From positions 163,866,001-163,930,000 of the forward strand of contig NC_042998.1 of the NCBI RefSeq assembly GCF_006345805.1: a stretch of DNA of 64,000 nt. Reading direction: 5' to 3'. The stretch's first letter is position 1. Every line of letters begins with the position of its first letter. The translations under genes were made by a program, and so were the position numbers. This DNA is from Octopus sinensis. Lineage: Eukaryota. Shown one piece after another: positions 25,011 to 38,052 of the stretch. The notes under the pieces are model-generated. The model was not told the origin of the DNA, did not search any database, and saw only the letters and a program-made list of their open reading frames with translations.

Positions 25011-28000
25011 TAAGGATATGAATATATATGTGTGTTTGTATGTACCCTTATGTCAGTATCATGAGGGCTGTACTTGTATAATTTTCACTCTAGCATCAAA
25101 CACATGTTGAAATTGCATTCATGCATCCACTGCAAAAAGTTGCAGCTGCTTAGTTTTTTGTTTGTTTTTTTCTTTCTTTCTATTACTCTCTTTAAGTCCT
25201 CTCTTTCAAACACTCATATGTTGAAACTGACATCAGAAGCCATCATATATATATATATATATGTGTGTGTGTGTCTTATTTGTTTCAGTCTCTAGACTGT
25301 GGCCATGCTGGAGTAACACCTTGAAAGGTTTTTAGTCAGACAAATCGACCCCAGGGCTTATTTTCTTTTATAAGTATCAATTTTACCTTTGAGAGTCAGT
25401 AAAAATAAGTACCAGCTTAGCCCTGGGGTCTATGTAATTGACTGGCCACTCCTTCAAAATTTCAGCCTCTTACATCATCATCATCATCGTTTAACGTCCG
25501 CTTTCCATGCTGGTATGGATTGGACGGTTTTAGAAATTGTTTTCCTTGTCTTACTAATTTTCTTAACTTGCAAGGCTGAAAGTATCATAACTATAATTCA
25601 TCATTTGCTCATTGACACCTAATTTATAATTTTTAGCATTTAGTTTGGCTTTAAATATCAATCTAATATATCTATAATATTCCTTTATAACCTTTTATTT
25701 TCTATATCTGTAGATGTTCTATCTTGTTCATTAATTCCTACTTTTTATCTGACTTTGATCATATTCTCTTATCTTCGTTTATTTTATATGCTATCTATAA
25801 CTGTAGTTTGTTTTCTATCTCTCAAAGTGAGTTTAGATATATTTTTATTAGCTGAATTTCAGACCAAATTTCTTAATGAATTTGCATCATACAACAAATA
25901 TTTAGTTGTTTGCTATATCCAGTATAAATCTTGAGATCATCCATATAAAGTTTATTGTGACCACTTAGCATGTGGAGGCACATTAACCCAGTGGTTAGGA
26001 TCGTGGTTTCGATTCCCAGACCGGGCATTGTGAGTGTTTATTGAGCAAAAACACCTAAATCTCCATGAGATTCCGGCAGGGGGTGGTGATGGACCCTGCT
26101 GTGCTCTTTCACCACAACTTTCTCTCACTCTTTCTTCCTGTTTCTGTTGTACCTGTATTTCAAAGGGCCAGCCTTGTCACACCCTGTGTCTTGTTGATTC
26201 TCCCCGAGAACTACGTTAAGGGTACATGTGTCTGTGGAGTGCTCAGCCACTTGCATGTTATTTAATGAGCTGCCACGTCACTGGTGCCAAGCTGTATCGG
26301 CCTTTGCCTTTCCCTTGGATAACATCGGTAGCATGGAGAGGGAAGCTGGAATGCATGGGCGACTGCTGGTCTTCCATAAACAATGTTGCTCAGACTTGTG
26401 CCTTGGAGGGTAACTTTCTAGGTGCAATCCCATAGTCATTCATGACTGAGGGAGGTCACAACAACAATATTACAATATTTTTTTATCAATATTAAGCTGA
26501 TATTTAGAGAATAAATTAATATAGAATTTTGATGAAAGATTTTAATTTAGGTTACTTTAAATTGTGGAGGTGCATGGCTTAGTGGTTAGGGTGTCAGGAC
26601 CATGATCATAAGATTGTGGTTTTGATTCCTGGACCGGGCAACGTGTTGTGTTCTTGAGCAAAACACTTCATTTCACATTGCTCCAGTCCACTCAGCTGGC
26701 AAAAATGAGTAACGCTGCCATGGACTGGCGTCTCATCCAGTTGGGGAACACATACGCCATTGAAACCGGGAAACTGGGCCCATGAGCCTGGCTAGGCTTT
26801 AAAGGGGCACATTTATTTTTTTACTTTAAATTAGGAAGTTTGTATCATAGAATCAGAAGCAGTTTCAGATGGGTTAGTATCAAAAGTATTTAAAGGTTCC
26901 AACCCCAGAAAGAAGAAATACTTTTCTAAAAATCGGTTTTGCTTTCATTTTAGAGTATATTTGTATTGCTTTAGCATTTAGAGTATATTTGTATTGCTTT
27001 AGCATTTAAACTGGCTATTTCCAGCCCAAATATTCTACCTGTTTTATAGTCAAACTGGCCAGATCTGGCCTTTCACACCTACTCTACTATGCCATTCTAA
27101 AAATAAACCTTTACATCATTGAAATCTCAAAACAATGAGATAATGCATGATTTCATCAAAGTATTATATTTGACAGAATAATCTGAATATTAAAGGGTTA
27201 AAGAATCTCCAAATGGGGAATCACTGTTAGAGGTCTTCTGTTAATCAAACCAAACCAAAAGTATTTAAAGGTTCCAGCCCCAGAAAGAAGAAATATTTTT
27301 CTAAAAATCGGTTTTGTTTTCAAAACTCTTGTTTTTTTCCCTTACTGCATACAATAATGGCATTGACATTAATTAATCTTAACAACATTTGGCTTATTCT
27401 TTCTAATCTTCCCTAAGTATGGTTTTGTTTCCAGGTAAGTAATTATCTTTTGGGATAGGATTGATGTAAAAACTTTTTTTTATATATATAATATATATAC
27501 TATAGACAGCAAGGTTATTCATTTGTAATTCTGGAGATGTGGTGTTTCTCTTCACTGATCCTTTTAAGCATTTGTTTTTGGCTGCAAATGTGATGTAACA
27601 CATGCTAAGCTCTCAATTTCTAATTTTTATGCATTAAATTCAAAGTGTGTATGTCAAAGGGTTACTAGGTTTGCTAGAAACAATAGCAAAACCTCTTTCA
27701 AGTCACACTGTACCATGTTGAAAAGGAAGTATGCCTTGGGCAAAGTAATTCTCGATACGTTTTGTTTGCAAGGGAAAAGAAGAAGACTGGATACTTGCAG
27801 ATAGTATGCCAGTTGTCATGATTCACTCAATCAAGTTAGACCTGGGACCAGGGTCTTCTTAAAGGCACTGGCACACTGAGCAGTAGCCTAGGTGTCTTAT
27901 GGGTTCTGTGGTCCAATTCTGCTCTATATATTCTGTGGTTGCTCTTAAATACTACAGGACCCAATGCATTGATTTGCCCAGGGGCCTATAATGCTACTAA

Positions 28001-28422
28001 GGCACCCCTGCCTGGGACTAAACACACATGCTCATGTGATCATGTGACTGACGAGGCTATCAGATATTGTTTCACATCGCTGATAACGATGTGCATTTGT
28101 ATTGTTTTAGCCTTCAAATGATGCTACCCTGCTGGCCAACATTCTCCCCTGATTGAAAGGGGTGACTGAAACAATATGAAATGAAGTGCTTTGCTCAATA
28201 ATACAATGTGTTACCCACTCAGAGAATCGAACCCATGATCTAGTGATTATGTGTGCAACAGCCTAACCACTGGGCCACACACCATCACACCAGCTACAAA
28301 ACAACAACAACAAAAGCAGCTCTTAAACTAATTTTCCTTGCTAGAAAATTCAATCTAACTTTTTTGTCTTTTCTTTTTCTAACAGATTACTATCCAGTCA
28401 TTATTCTGTAGACAACAACAAC

Positions 28423-28807
28423 ATGATGGATCCTAAATCCTTATTACTGGCTGCTGCTACAGGATGTGCAAGTGCTGTTGGTTATTACTCTTGGCAAAAA
28501 GCTGTTAAACCTTTTGCAAAGAATACTTATTTTGATTTGAAACAGATAGCTATGGGAATGAAAATATTCAAAAAGAGTCAAGAGATATTGGTTTCTAAAG
28601 ATAACTTTATTTCTGTCTTTGATAAAACACTATCATTATACCCTAATAAAACAATGCTTATCTTTGAGGGGAAACATTATACATATGATTACGTAAACAA
28701 AATGGCTTCAAGAGTAGGAAACTATATGTTGTCTTGTGGTATGAAACAAGGAGATGTTGTGGCAATCTACCTTACCAATTCTCCACAGTTTATTTGGACC
28801 ATTTTGG
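28423..28807 (+). CDS. SLC27A: SLC27A coding exon 1 (MMDPKSLLL...FIWTILG)
   Basis: ORF 28423; donor GTAAGT at 28808, phase 1; acceptor AG at 28384-28385 gives a 37-nt 5' UTR. Confidence 0.9.
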
Positions 28808-30829
28808 GTAAGTAATTTTTTCATCATTTATATATTTGTTTTGCAAGATTCTTGATGTGAAATTGTGTGTTGAAATAGTTATTGTTGTACTTGAGGACGG
28901 TCATATTTTGCCAATGCCCTATTTATTTTCACTGTAGTTTTACTATTATTTCTTTTTATCTCAAGGTTTGTTGGAACACCTGGAGTCTTGCATGCATAGT
29001 AGGCTTGCTGCTTGCAGAGAACAGTACTGTGCTACCTGTTCTTTTCAACTATCTAATATTTACCTGATTTTTCTGGCTGTGCCAAGGAGGCAAACCTTTT
29101 GCCACAGTTCTACTGGATATTCTGTTCTGATTTCCTTTATATTCCTCATCATACCCTCTGATATTGTCTCCAGGGACCCAACAATAATTGGAATGATCTT
29201 CACCTTCATTTTCCATATCTGGGCTACTTTGTACTTAAGAGGGTTGTATTTATCTATTTTTTTCACCTTCCTTCTTGACTATTTGTGGGTCAAAGGGGCA
29301 TGCAACATCAACTGTATAGCACATGTGGTGCATCTTGTCAACCACCACTAGGTCCGGTCTGTTATGCTCTAGCACTTGATCTGTTTAGAATAGGAAATCC
29401 CAGAGGATTTTGCTTGTCTCTGACACCACCACTCTCTGCTGTTCGTGATCATACCACATCTTGCCTCTCTCTAGCCCCCACTTTTTGTGCAGTTTCCAAT
29501 TTTACACTTTTGATGCCTTATCATCTCGCCACAACTCATAGTGGTTTTGAGCAAGTCTAGAGCATTTGTTCATTATATGAGCAATGATTTTGTCCACTCT
29601 ATTACAGATGCTACAGTGGAGATGTTTGTTTATTCCTAAAGTTGACCCTCCAATTCATGGCCAAAGCTTGGTCTTATGCTGCCAGTATGGTGCTCTCAAT
29701 TTTTTTAGTGTTCCTATTTTTTCCAGCAACTTCTGTTGTGGCTACATGAATTGATTGTGTAGTCCCTTGTCGCGTAACGCTTCTTCATATCCTCATTGTA
29801 CTACTTCCTTTATTTTTCCTTTTTTCTCTGCTTTCAGTCCTCACCTCATACCTAACTGACACTAGCAAGGTTTCCTTACTTTGGGCTATGTATCTAATCA
29901 AGCTCTTGAGTTCAATACATATGCAGTATTCCACACTTATCGGTTCCCTTCCTCCATTTGCTCTCTTCATATATAGTTGATCAGTGTCTACACATGGATG
30001 ATGGACTCCATGCATCATTAGAAGCTTTCTTGTCTTCTTGTCCATCTACTTTATCTTCTCCTCTGTTCACTTCAGGATTCCAGTACCACACCGAACTACT
30101 GCAACTGCACGTGAGTTTATTGCCAAAATTATGTTTCTGACATTCATCTTTGAAACCAATATTTTTCATACAATAGGTACTCTTTCTTTGTCTTTTCTTT
30201 CATATCGTTGTGATTAATTTTATCTGCCTGAAGTATTCCTAGGTATTTACAACTGGATTGAGGTTCAATTGCCTTCCCCATTTCACCATTTGGCATACAT
30301 ATGCCTTCTGTTCTGACAAGCTTTCCTGTATTGTTGTTGTTGTTGCTGTTGTTGTTGTTTGTTGCTTGTTGTTGTCGTTGTTCAGTAGTCTTATTTTTAT
30401 AACGTGCTTTCACTGCACTACTGAGCGCAGCTCTGTGTGCCTTGGGGTATGTGCTGTGGTTTACTGTGATGCTCTTATGGTTACTGTATTGAAAGTATTT
30501 TACGTAGGATGTGTGCAGTGCCCAGTAGTTCTATTTTCTACATGTTATATATATTTGTTGGTCCTGGTGTTTTTGTTATGTATTTGTCTGAATATTTTTT
30601 TATCAGACCTAATGCACCCACTATGATAGGAATTGTATCTATTTTTAGACTCCATATTCGAGTTACCTCTATTTGCAGGTCTTTGTATTTTGAAAGTTTC
30701 TCCATTTCTTTTAGAGAAATGTTGTAATCTGTTGGTATTGATGCATCAATTAGAAAACATTTTTCTTCTTCATGAAATACTAGGCAGTGGTATTTTATTA
30801 TTATTATCATTATTATCATTATTATTATT

Positions 30830-30887
<58 letters not shown>

Positions 30888-33800
30888 AATCAAAGAACAG
30901 TGCACGCCCTCAGTGTGACACTGGGGTACAAATATACAAAGTCCACTATATCATCATGACTACCCATCTGATAAGGATACACCAGGCACATGCATCACAA
31001 CCATATGTATGCAACATGGTGATCTCATATCAAGATAAACAGCACATGACATTGCAGGTGGGGCCCAATTAGAATTTTCTCCAGGTTGAGTAGCCCATCC
31101 CACTCAAAAGGTCCCGAAATAAAATTTGCTTAAGGATGATGATTGAGACACCCATGTTTCCAGGAGTTAAGTATTCAAACCCCAAAGAATTCCTCTCAAC
31201 ACATGACTATGATGCTCTCTAACTACTTTTGTTTGTGATTCGATATGCACTTATCATCAACCACCAAGTGGCTCAAGTGGTTATGGTCAAACAACTGACA
31301 AGCAAACCTGTGGTATTGAGCAGAATATTTGCTGTAGCCCATCTTTTATACCAAGACAAAACATGTCCATGATAAATCTTCCAATCAGTTAAGATCAGAA
31401 GCCATGAGAGCCACTGTCTGATATTGTATGATGGCTTTTAAATTATTATTATTATTACTATTATATTCATTATCATCTTCTTTCAATTCTGTTTCCATTT
31501 CTTATTTCTTTATTGCCCACAAGGGGCTAAACATGGTGGGGACAAACAAGGACAGACAAAGGGATTGAGTCGATTATATTGACCCCAATGCATAACTGGT
31601 ACTTAATTTATCGACCTCGAAAGAATGAAAGGCAAAGTTAACCTTGGCAAAATTTGAACTCAGAACGTAATGGCATATGAAATATCGCTAAGCATTTTGC
31701 CCGGCATGCTAACATTTCTGCCAGCTTGCTGCCTTCTGTTTCCATTTCTTGCCGAGTGTTTTCCTGACACCTAGGGCAGAGAAACTTACTGTATACATTG
31801 GTAGGCCATTTAAAATAAACACACCAGGTTGTTCATTTACAAAGTTCTGTGATAGAGAAAAAGGAAAAGAAAGACTGAATGAAAAAGGAAAAAATAAAAA
31901 AAATAAAAAGTTAAAGAAAATATAGGGGAAAAAGGGAAAGAAAATTCACAGTGACAATGCTTTTCTCCGTATGTGTGATATACCAATTAAAACAATCTTT
32001 TACACTGTCTGCATGGATGGATCATTCTTAAATGATTTTCAGTTCCTTTGTTGATCATTCCAAGTGTTCCTACAATCACTGGTATTGTAACCATCATGGG
32101 ATGCCACATCCTTTTGATTTCGATTTGCAAATATTTATATTTTCTGAGTTTATCAAATTCTTATGCCAAGATATTTGGTCACAAGGTTTGCTCATGTCAG
32201 TCAGTAAACAGACTTTATTGTTTTGGTCTTTCACAATAACATCTGGTGTATTTGCTTTGATAATCTGGTCTGTACACACTGGGAAGACCCAAACAATCGT
32301 TACATTTTCTCCCTCAGTTACAGCCTCAGGGTGGTGCTTGTACCATTCGTCAGCAGATTTGATTTTATAAAGCTGACACATTATCCAATGTAGATATTGG
32401 CCAACTCTGTCATGTCTGTTGCGGAGGAGGGAGCCCGCCGACGAGCAGAAGCAGAGGAGTAAGGATGATCAGTAGCAGGAACGACAATGACGACACGGCG
32501 AGGCCCCTCGTCCCGTCCGCGTCCTCCTCTACGTTCCCCTCCGAGCGACCGCCGCCGCCGCCCTCCGTCGCCGCCGCCGCCCTCCGTCGCCGCCGCCGCC
32601 CTCCGGACGCGATTACCCGCCGAACTTAAGCATATCGCTAAGCGGAGGAAAAGAAACCAACCGGGATTCCCTAAGTAACGGCGAGTGAACCGGGAGAAGC
32701 CCAACGTCGAATCTCGTCGGCCGCGCCGGTCGTCGAGAGCTGTGGCGCAAGGGTTTTACACGGTCGATCGTTTCGCCCGGCTAGGTTCGGAGTCCCCTCG
32801 ATCGGGGCTGCCCAGAGCGGGTGCCAGGCCCATTCGGAGCCGGCGGCGATCAGCGGTGTTCATCGGTTGCTTGGGAACACAGCCCAAAGCGGGTGGTAAG
32901 CTCCATCCAAGGCTAAATACGGGGACAAGTCCGATAGCCGACAAGTACCGCGAGGGAAAGTTGAAAAGAACTTTGGAGAGAGAGTTCAAGAGACCGTGAA
33001 ACCGCCCAGGGGTAAACGGGTAGGACTGCTCACCGCGATCGCGAGGGGACTCAGTCCGCTGCTTCCCGCCGAGGCGCCGTCGTCGTCGACGAACGCGCCG
33101 GTGGCGGCCGCTCGTTCCGCGGGCGGTCGTCTGCCGCCTCGTCGGCGCTCGATTTCCGGGGCGTCGGTATCGGACGCACTTCCCCTCCGATCCGTCGTCA
33201 CGACCCGCTTCCCGTCGGGCCGGTAGGCGCGCGGCGTCCGCAGGTCGCAGACGAGAGCCCCGTCGCTGCCGCGCAAGCGGCGGTCGGTGGGATCCACGCG
33301 CTCTTCTCGACCGGGCCCGTCGCTCCACGTAAAGCGCAGGCACGGCTAACCGACGGAGACGGGCAAACGCACCTCGCCCTTAGCACGAACGACGCAGCGA
33401 GTCGCGCGCGGCCTCTTTCCGGAGGTCGCTAGCGATGCGGCCGCCCACGCGCTGCGACTGCACGGAACCCTCGCAAGGGGCGACGCACGTTGCGGTCACA
33501 GGACACCCCGCCCGAAAAGCCGCCTGCTGCCGCCGGTCAGCGACGAGCATCGGCAACCTACCCGACCCGTCTTGAAACACAGACCAAGGAGTCCCAGTCG
33601 ACTGCGAGTCGTTGGAGCCTTTCACTTCGCGAACTCTGACGGCACAGCGAAAGCGAGAATGTGACACGACGTCACCGTCCTGCTTCGGTGGGACGGCGCT
33701 TCGAAGCATCGTTCCCGGGTCGGGTCCGCGCGTTCGCCGCGACGTTCGCGTCCGGCGTTCCCACTCCGACTCAGGTGTAGCAGGCAGCCGGGGACCCGAA

Positions 33801-33922
33801 AGATGGCGATCCATGCCCGGTCGGGACAAAGCCAGAGGAAACTCTGGTGGAAGTCCAAAGCACCTCTGACGTGCAAATCGATCGTCGGAACCGGGTGTAG
33901 GGGCGAAAGACCAATCGAGCCG

Positions 33923-33965
<43 letters not shown>

Positions 33966-35056
33966 CGCCAGCAGGAGAACGACACGCAATTCTGTCCGGT
34001 AAAGCGAACGACTGGAGGCTTAAACTTTACACCCAGAGATTAGGTGATCCATTGTTTCAATCTCATTGTTGCAGTATCAGCACTTTGGGTCTACACCATT
34101 TTTCATCACATTGGCTTGAGCAGCCAAGATAAAGTCTTCACTTTCTGCTGTTTAACCCTGAGCTCCATAGCGACTGATGGGTGTGCATCTATTCTACATC
34201 AGTTTGTTCACTACAGGCTACTTATATGTTATGCAGGGGTTTTTATTCCCACCTATCAGCCAATTCAAACACATTTTGTTTTGCTATTGATTTCACCTTC
34301 TTTGCAACTACAGTTTCCACAATTCCATCATGCTGTTTAATGTGGGTATCATGCATAAACTCACTTGAAAATTTTTTGCTCTCCTTCATAACAGAATGAA
34401 GCTTCTTACATATTCCATGGTTTTCAATGAGCTTCAGCATCCAGTCGTTAGATGTTTCAAGATATTTTGCCAATCCAGTTGTGGTTTTGTAAGAGATTTC
34501 AAATTGGATCAAGTGTCGACCTCCTTGAGCTTTGGGTAGGTAAAGACAATCTGCATCTGCCTTTGGAAGGTGTATCTTATTGCAAATCAGCAGCTTACAG
34601 ATTTTCCTGCCAGTCTTTCTTATTTTGCTCATATTCCAGTTCAACACATTGAAACTATATATAACAACTGGAACTGCTAAGGAATTTATAGCTAACACCT
34701 TGTTGTGTGCATTTAACTCAGATTTTAGGACTGCTTGAACTCTCCTGTTTCATTCCTTCCTGATCTTCCCTTTGATGCTTGCATGCTGAATATCAGAGCA
34801 CTCATTTATTCTGAGTTATTTGTAAGTTGGTTCCTGCTTGAGTTCTTTTATTACTGTATCAACATTCAACACCACTGAATGTGAGGTTTTCAATTTCCCT
34901 TTCTGGAAAGTGACCTTGGCACATTTATGAAGACCAAATTCCATCCCGATATCATCACTGAATGCTTTCACAGTACATAGTAGTCCTTCAAGCACATCAT
35001 TGTCTTTGCCATAGAGTTTTAAGTCCTCCATTGATGATGATATTATTATTATTATT

Positions 35057-35088
<32 letters not shown>

Positions 35089-38002
35089 TCTGTGACCTTT
35101 TCAGTGACTCTCTGTCCCATGTATTTCCACTTGTCTTGCCTATTCCATTTTGTAGTTCTGTGGTATGTATACATAAAACTAAAGTGAAGATCAAATAAGT
35201 AGTACATGTGTTTCATTGGCAAAAGATGACCATCTCCAAGTATAACAATTCTTTTGTCCTTTTACATTCTTCTCTATTTAAACTTTTGTTATCATATTTA
35301 TGTCGAAGCACACGGACTTTATTTTAGTTAATTTTGCAAATAATGAAGAATTTAATTACCTAACTTCATTATTAAACTGGATGTTAGCATATAAACTGAC
35401 ATGAAATTGGGGATATAAAGTTTTGATTTAGCTCACCTTAAAACAGGGAATTTGCATTATAATTGAAAGTGGGGTTTCAGGAAGGTTGTTATCAGAAGGG
35501 TTGAAGTTGTTTATGTTTTTTTATGTCATGTATTTTATAAAGAATAGCTTTGTTGGTTACAAAAAAATTGCGAACATGCTAACTATAGCTCACTGCATTC
35601 TGATTGTGACAGTGACGAGAAAAGTATCTTTGCAACTTTGGCAGACTAAATATCAGAAGATATTTTTGCGGAACCCTTTAGCATTTAAACCCACCATATG
35701 GGCCTAAATATTCTTCCTGTTTTATGTTCAAACTGATATGATCTGGCCTCTCACACCTCCCCTACTATGTCATTTAAAAAATAAGCAATCACATCATTGA
35801 AATCTCAAAGCTATGAGATAATGCATAATTCTTTTCTACTCTAGGCACAATACCCAAAATTTTGGGGGAGAGGACCAGTTGATTAGATCGACCCCAGTAC
35901 ACAACTGGTACTTAATTTATTAACCCTAAAAGGATGAAAAGCAAAGTTGATCTCGGCAGAATTTGAACTCAGAACATAAAGACAGATGAAATATTGCTAA
36001 GCATTTTGCCTGGTGTGCTAATGTTTCTGCCAGCTCGCCACCTTGAGATAATGTATAATTAATTCAAAACAATCTCAATAAATAGGCATTACATTTGATA
36101 GAGTAATCTGAATGCTAAAGAGTTACTGCTGAGCTTTATTGGGTTTCATATATGCAAACATTACTCCTTGATGGCTGTTACAAAATTAATTATAGCATCA
36201 ATGCACCATCATCATCATTTCATTTGGAAGATAAGACTGAATTCATGAAATGTTAATGGATGTAGGAATACTATTGTTCCAAACTAACAAAAGATTAATA
36301 AGAAAATTAAGAAAAAAACCTTAATTAACTTCAAATCTTAAATGTCTTCAGTATATTTTTGTTAAGGAAAAGCTGTTTGACAAACATATGCACACAGACC
36401 TACATATGTTGTCTTTTTTAGCACTATACATCTTTAAGTGATCTCACTTAGACGAAATGCTATGACTTTGTAGCATTTAAAAATACACATAAATAAATCA
36501 TGTGTCCATCTCTTATGTGTCCATAGCTTGCACTGGGTACATCTTATGGAATTTCTACCTACGCCTTGCCTACAGATCGAAGTTGGCCCATCTACCCGAA
36601 GGCATTTGTGATTTGTCTGCTTTCTAACTTTGGTTTTTGCTAGGTTCACTCTAAGGCTCTTCAATTCTAGACCTTGCTTCCACATCAGAAATTTCTTCTC
36701 AAGTTCTGCTAGTGATTCAGTTATAAGGTCATCAGCATAGAGGAGCTCCCTGGGGCAGCCTGTCTTAAATTCCTTTGTTATTGTCTGGAGGACTATGATG
36801 AATAATAGAGGGCCGAGGACTGATCCTTGGTGAACTCCTACTTGTACCCTGAATTCTTTGCTGTACTCATTGGCAGCCCTCCCCTTACTGGTTGTATCCC
36901 TGTACATGGCTTGTACAGCCCTTACCAACCACTCAAGGACAGAAGTAATTCTATCAACACACACATATCTACCATGTCTCATTAGCACATTCATTCTACT
37001 AACATTCCATCCGATCTTTCTTCCCCAGAAACTGCAACCCATGAGAACTCCTTTATCTATAGACGCAGCTATTTGAAAGAGATGGTGCATCTGTTCTATA
37101 ACCAGGAAAGCCACCATACATTGTATGTTTTAACAGTGATTCTAAAAGTATTCTTTTTATTTTGCAGGTCTTATAAGAGTTGGCTTAATACCTTCATTGT
37201 TGAACTTTAATGTTCAGGGCCAGGGTTTGGTTCATTGTATCAAAGTCTGTGAACCTGTTTGCATTATTGCTGATAGTGGTAAGCCTTCTTTTATTTTATC
37301 CTCTTTTTTATTCTTTTTGTTTTGTTTTTACATGTTTCAGTTGCTGGACTGTAGCCATGCAGAGGCACCACTTTGAAGGGCTTAGCTTGACAAATTGACT
37401 CCAGTTATAATTTTTTATTTTAAGCCTGGTATTACTCTACAAGGACATGTTCAAACCAGTACCAGTTGTCAAACAGTTGTAGGGTTAAACACAATACAAT
37501 AAGAAAAGGCACACACAGGGACCTATACTGATACATATATATTTATCTATGCACACACACACACACATATGTATGTCTATACACACACACACATGCACAC
37601 ACAGAGGCATAGGTATGGCTGTGTGGTAAGAAGCTCGCTTTCCAATCACATGGTTCCAGGTTCAGCTGTACTGTATGGCACCTTGAGCAAGTGGCTTGGG
37701 CTGACCAAAGCCTTGTAAGTGAATTTGATAGATGGAAACTGAAAGAAGCCTGTCGCATATATTAATATGTGTGTGTCTTTGTGTCTGTGTTTGTCCCCAC
37801 CACCATCACTTGACAATTGATATTGGTGTCTTTACATATCTGTGACTTAGTGGTTTGGTAAAAGAAACTGATGAAACAAGTTGTAGGCTTACAAAGAATA
37901 AGTCTGGGTCGATTTCTTTGACTAAAAAGCCCTTTAAGGCAGTGCTCCAGCATGTCTGCAGTTGAATGACTGAAACAAGTAAAAGTATATATATATATAT
38001 AT

Positions 38003-38052
<50 letters not shown>

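Larger units (their letters stand above)
31441..35035 (-). mobile_element. Decayed, 5'-truncated R4/Dong-like RLE LINE, interrupted by rDNA (32421-34020) and a SINE (~31504-31733)
   Basis: Minus-strand remnants in the expected order: MEDLKLY (RT YMDD region), [14 protein letters not shown]...[16 protein letters not shown] knuckle [17 protein letters not shown] (~34025-34080), [12 protein letters not shown] (32420 down), [11 protein letters not shown] (RLE PD motif). The SINE is flanked by a 17-bp TSD TTCTGTTTCCATTTCTT (31487-31503, 31734-31750). Confidence 0.85.

Noticed and set aside
32381-33876. Many long GC-rich ORFs on both strands
   Set aside because: They lie within the ITS2/28S fragment; stop codons are simply rare in GC-rich rDNA
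32421-34020. Functional rDNA unit, or capture by RT template switching onto pre-rRNA
   Set aside because: No 18S or 5.8S and the 28S is truncated; the rDNA is antisense to the LINE, the wrong orientation for a simple template switch
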